A stretch of DNA of 64,000 nt from Octopus vulgaris (taxonomy: Eukaryota). Position numbers and translations under genes: made by a program. The stretch covers positions 39,060,001 through 39,124,000 of the forward strand of contig OX597823.1 in the NCBI GenBank assembly GCA_951406725.2, in the 5' to 3' direction. The notes beneath the pieces are model-generated. The model was given only the letters and a program-made list of their open reading frames with translations, was not told the origin of the DNA and ran no database searches. Positions 61,988 to 64,000 of the stretch are shown piece after piece. Positions within the stretch are counted from its first letter, which is position 1. Every line of letters starts with the position of its first letter.

Positions 61988-63188
61988 GAGTGAGAGAGCA
62001 GTGCATGCCAACAAATATACAAAACCCAGTATACCCATTATGACTACCTGTCTCATAAGAGCACACCAGGTTCATACATCATGACCATGTGTGTAACATG
62101 GTGATCTCGTATCAAGATAAACAGTGCATGGCCTGGCAGATGGGACCCAGTTAGAATGTTCTTCAGGTTAAGTAACTCATCCCACTCAGATATCCCTAAA
62201 TAAGGGTTGTTTAAAGATATTGAACAAAACACCCATGTTTCCAGGGGTGAATTATTCAAACCCCAAAGATTTCCTCTCAACACATGGCTATGATGCTCAC
62301 CCACTACTTCTGCTCATGATCAGAGATGCATACATCATCAGCCACTGAGAGACATGCTCAAATAATAATAATAATGAAATTATTGTATACAGTGCTCAGG
62401 TGCACCACAACTTGTCAGAAAGTGCATATAAAGTACATGCAGCAATGTAGAAATGTCTGGAAAGTGAACATGCTTGTGTGTGTATGGAGGGGAGAAAATC
62501 AAGTGTAGTGTTGGCGAATCTCAGGAAACATGGAAGTTTTGAAGGATGCAGTGCTCCGACAACTAACAACTGATGCCGGCAGTTTGTTCCACGCTTCAGC
62601 AACTCTCAGCGTGAAAAAAATGTTTCCTGAAGTCATGGGAGCTGTGCTGTTTTCTTACTTTGTAAATATGTCCACGGGTGTTAGATGGGTGGATTTTGAA
62701 GAGGTGCTCAGAGTTATTGTTTGTGCGATGGTTGATAATTTTATGGGTGTCTGCCAAGTCAGCTGCCAGACGTCGGAGTTTCAATGTGTCCATGCCCAGG
62801 GAAGTAAGGCGTTCAGGATATGGCAAATGCCTGATGGAGGGTATTCTTTTGGTTGCACGTCGCTGAACAGCTTCCAGACGATTGATGTCCTGGGCAAGAT
62901 AGGGGTTCCAGACCGGTGATGCAAATTCCAGGTGAGGTCTTACCGTAGCTATATAAAGCCGCAGATAGATAGCCGGAGAGCGGCTCACAAAGGATTTGGT
63001 GAGTAATGCCAAGACACCCTCAGCCTTCTTGACAATTGGTTAAGGTCAAGCAACTGACTAGCAAATCTATGGTATTGAGCAGAATATTTGCTGTAACCTG
63101 TCTTTTACACCAAGACAAAACATGTACATGATAACACTTCCAATCAGTTAAGATCAGAAGCCATGAGAGCCTCTGCCTGGTATTGTAT
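61985..63188 (-). mobile_element. Unclassified interspersed repeat with (AAT)n tail, split by a CR1 insertion; second copy at about 63726-63975
   Basis: tattgagtgagag...gccca.tatacccat...gataaacag is shared by both copies. No coding similarity was recognised. Confidence 0.6.
62361..63033 (-). mobile_element. CR1-clade LINE 3' fragment
   Basis: LYIATVRPHLEFASPVWNPY...LEAVQRRATKRI. Same family as 44935-45452, with an (ATT)n tail. Confidence 0.92.
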
Positions 63189-63189
63189 C

Positions 63190-63460
63190 TTGGCGGCACC
63201 TGTGCCGGTGGCACGCGTAAAAAGATTTGAGCAAGGTCATTGCCAGTACCACCTGACTGGCCCCCGTGCTGGTGGCATGTAAAAAGCACTCACTACACTC
63301 TCGGAGTGGTTGACGTTAGGAAGGGCATCCAGCTGTAGAAACTCTGCCAGATCAAGATTGGAGCCTGGTGCAGCCATCTGGTTTGCCAGCCCTCAGTCAA
63401 AATCGTCCAACCCATGCTAGCATGGAAAGCGGACGTTAAACGATGATGATGATGATGATG

Positions 63461-63462
<2 letters not shown>
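63190..63462 (+). mobile_element. RTE LINE 3' UTR fragment with (GAT)n tail
   Basis: Matches 36240-36520. Further 3'-end fragments lie at about 9980-10140, 26010-26200, 28040-28262, 35485-35560 (-) and 39620-39800 (-). Confidence 0.85.
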
Positions 63463-63507
<45 letters not shown>

Positions 63508-64000
63508 CATCATTATTATTATTATCATTATTATTAATATTTCATTTGTTTTTACATTCTGAATTCAAATGCCACTGAAGCTGACTTTGCCTTTTAACCT
63601 CTCAGAGCTTATAAATATCAATTGAGTATTGGGATCAATGTAATCAATTTAACTTATCCCTCGAAGTTGCTGGCCTTGTGTTAAATTTGAAATTGTCATT
63701 ATTGTTATTATTTTGGGTTTGTTATTATTGAGTGAGAGTACAGCACATGCTATCAAAGTGACCTAGGGTACGAATATACGAAGCCCAATATACCCATCAT
63801 AACTACTCACCTGATAAGGGTATATCAGGCACATTCATCAAAACCATATGAATGTGACATGGTAACCTTTTATCAAAATAAACAGCACATGACCTTGCAG
63901 GTGGGGTCCAGTTAGAATTTTGTCCAGGTCGAGTAGCTCAGCCTGCACAAAAGGTCCCTGAATATAGGTTCCTTAAATCCTTAAAAATGTTTTAGCTCGA

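Overview
This is eukaryotic, AT-rich, repeat-dense DNA, almost certainly octopus, judged from the receptor sequence and the SINE/LINE families. It holds two convergent neural genes. (1) A MAP1/futsch gene on the + strand has a 99-bp internal exon (3312-3410) that the ORF track misses and a 4.9-kb terminal coding exon (13297-18209); its first exon(s) lie upstream of the window. (2) An oxytocin/vasopressin-family GPCR on the - strand, matching cephalotocin receptor 2 as I recall it, has exons 53407-52471 and 50965-50631. The rest is transposon debris: tRNA-derived SINEs, RTE/CR1/Dong(R4)/Hero-type LINEs, Tc1 and mariner elements, Merlin-like and piggyBac-like MITEs, a Helentron-type element, Penelope-like elements, and microsatellites. 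The most notable observations are two PAM2-like (poly(A)-binding-protein-interacting) motifs and a 12-aa Ser-Pro repeat in futsch, an 18-bp tandem repeat that builds stacked R/K-R-x-S sites in the receptor tail, several hammerhead-ribozyme-like motifs in Penelope-like repeats including a Naiad-type element, a PHD finger inside the RTE reverse transcriptase, and a perfect 102-bp inverted repeat. All family assignments come from motifs read by eye; no searches were run.
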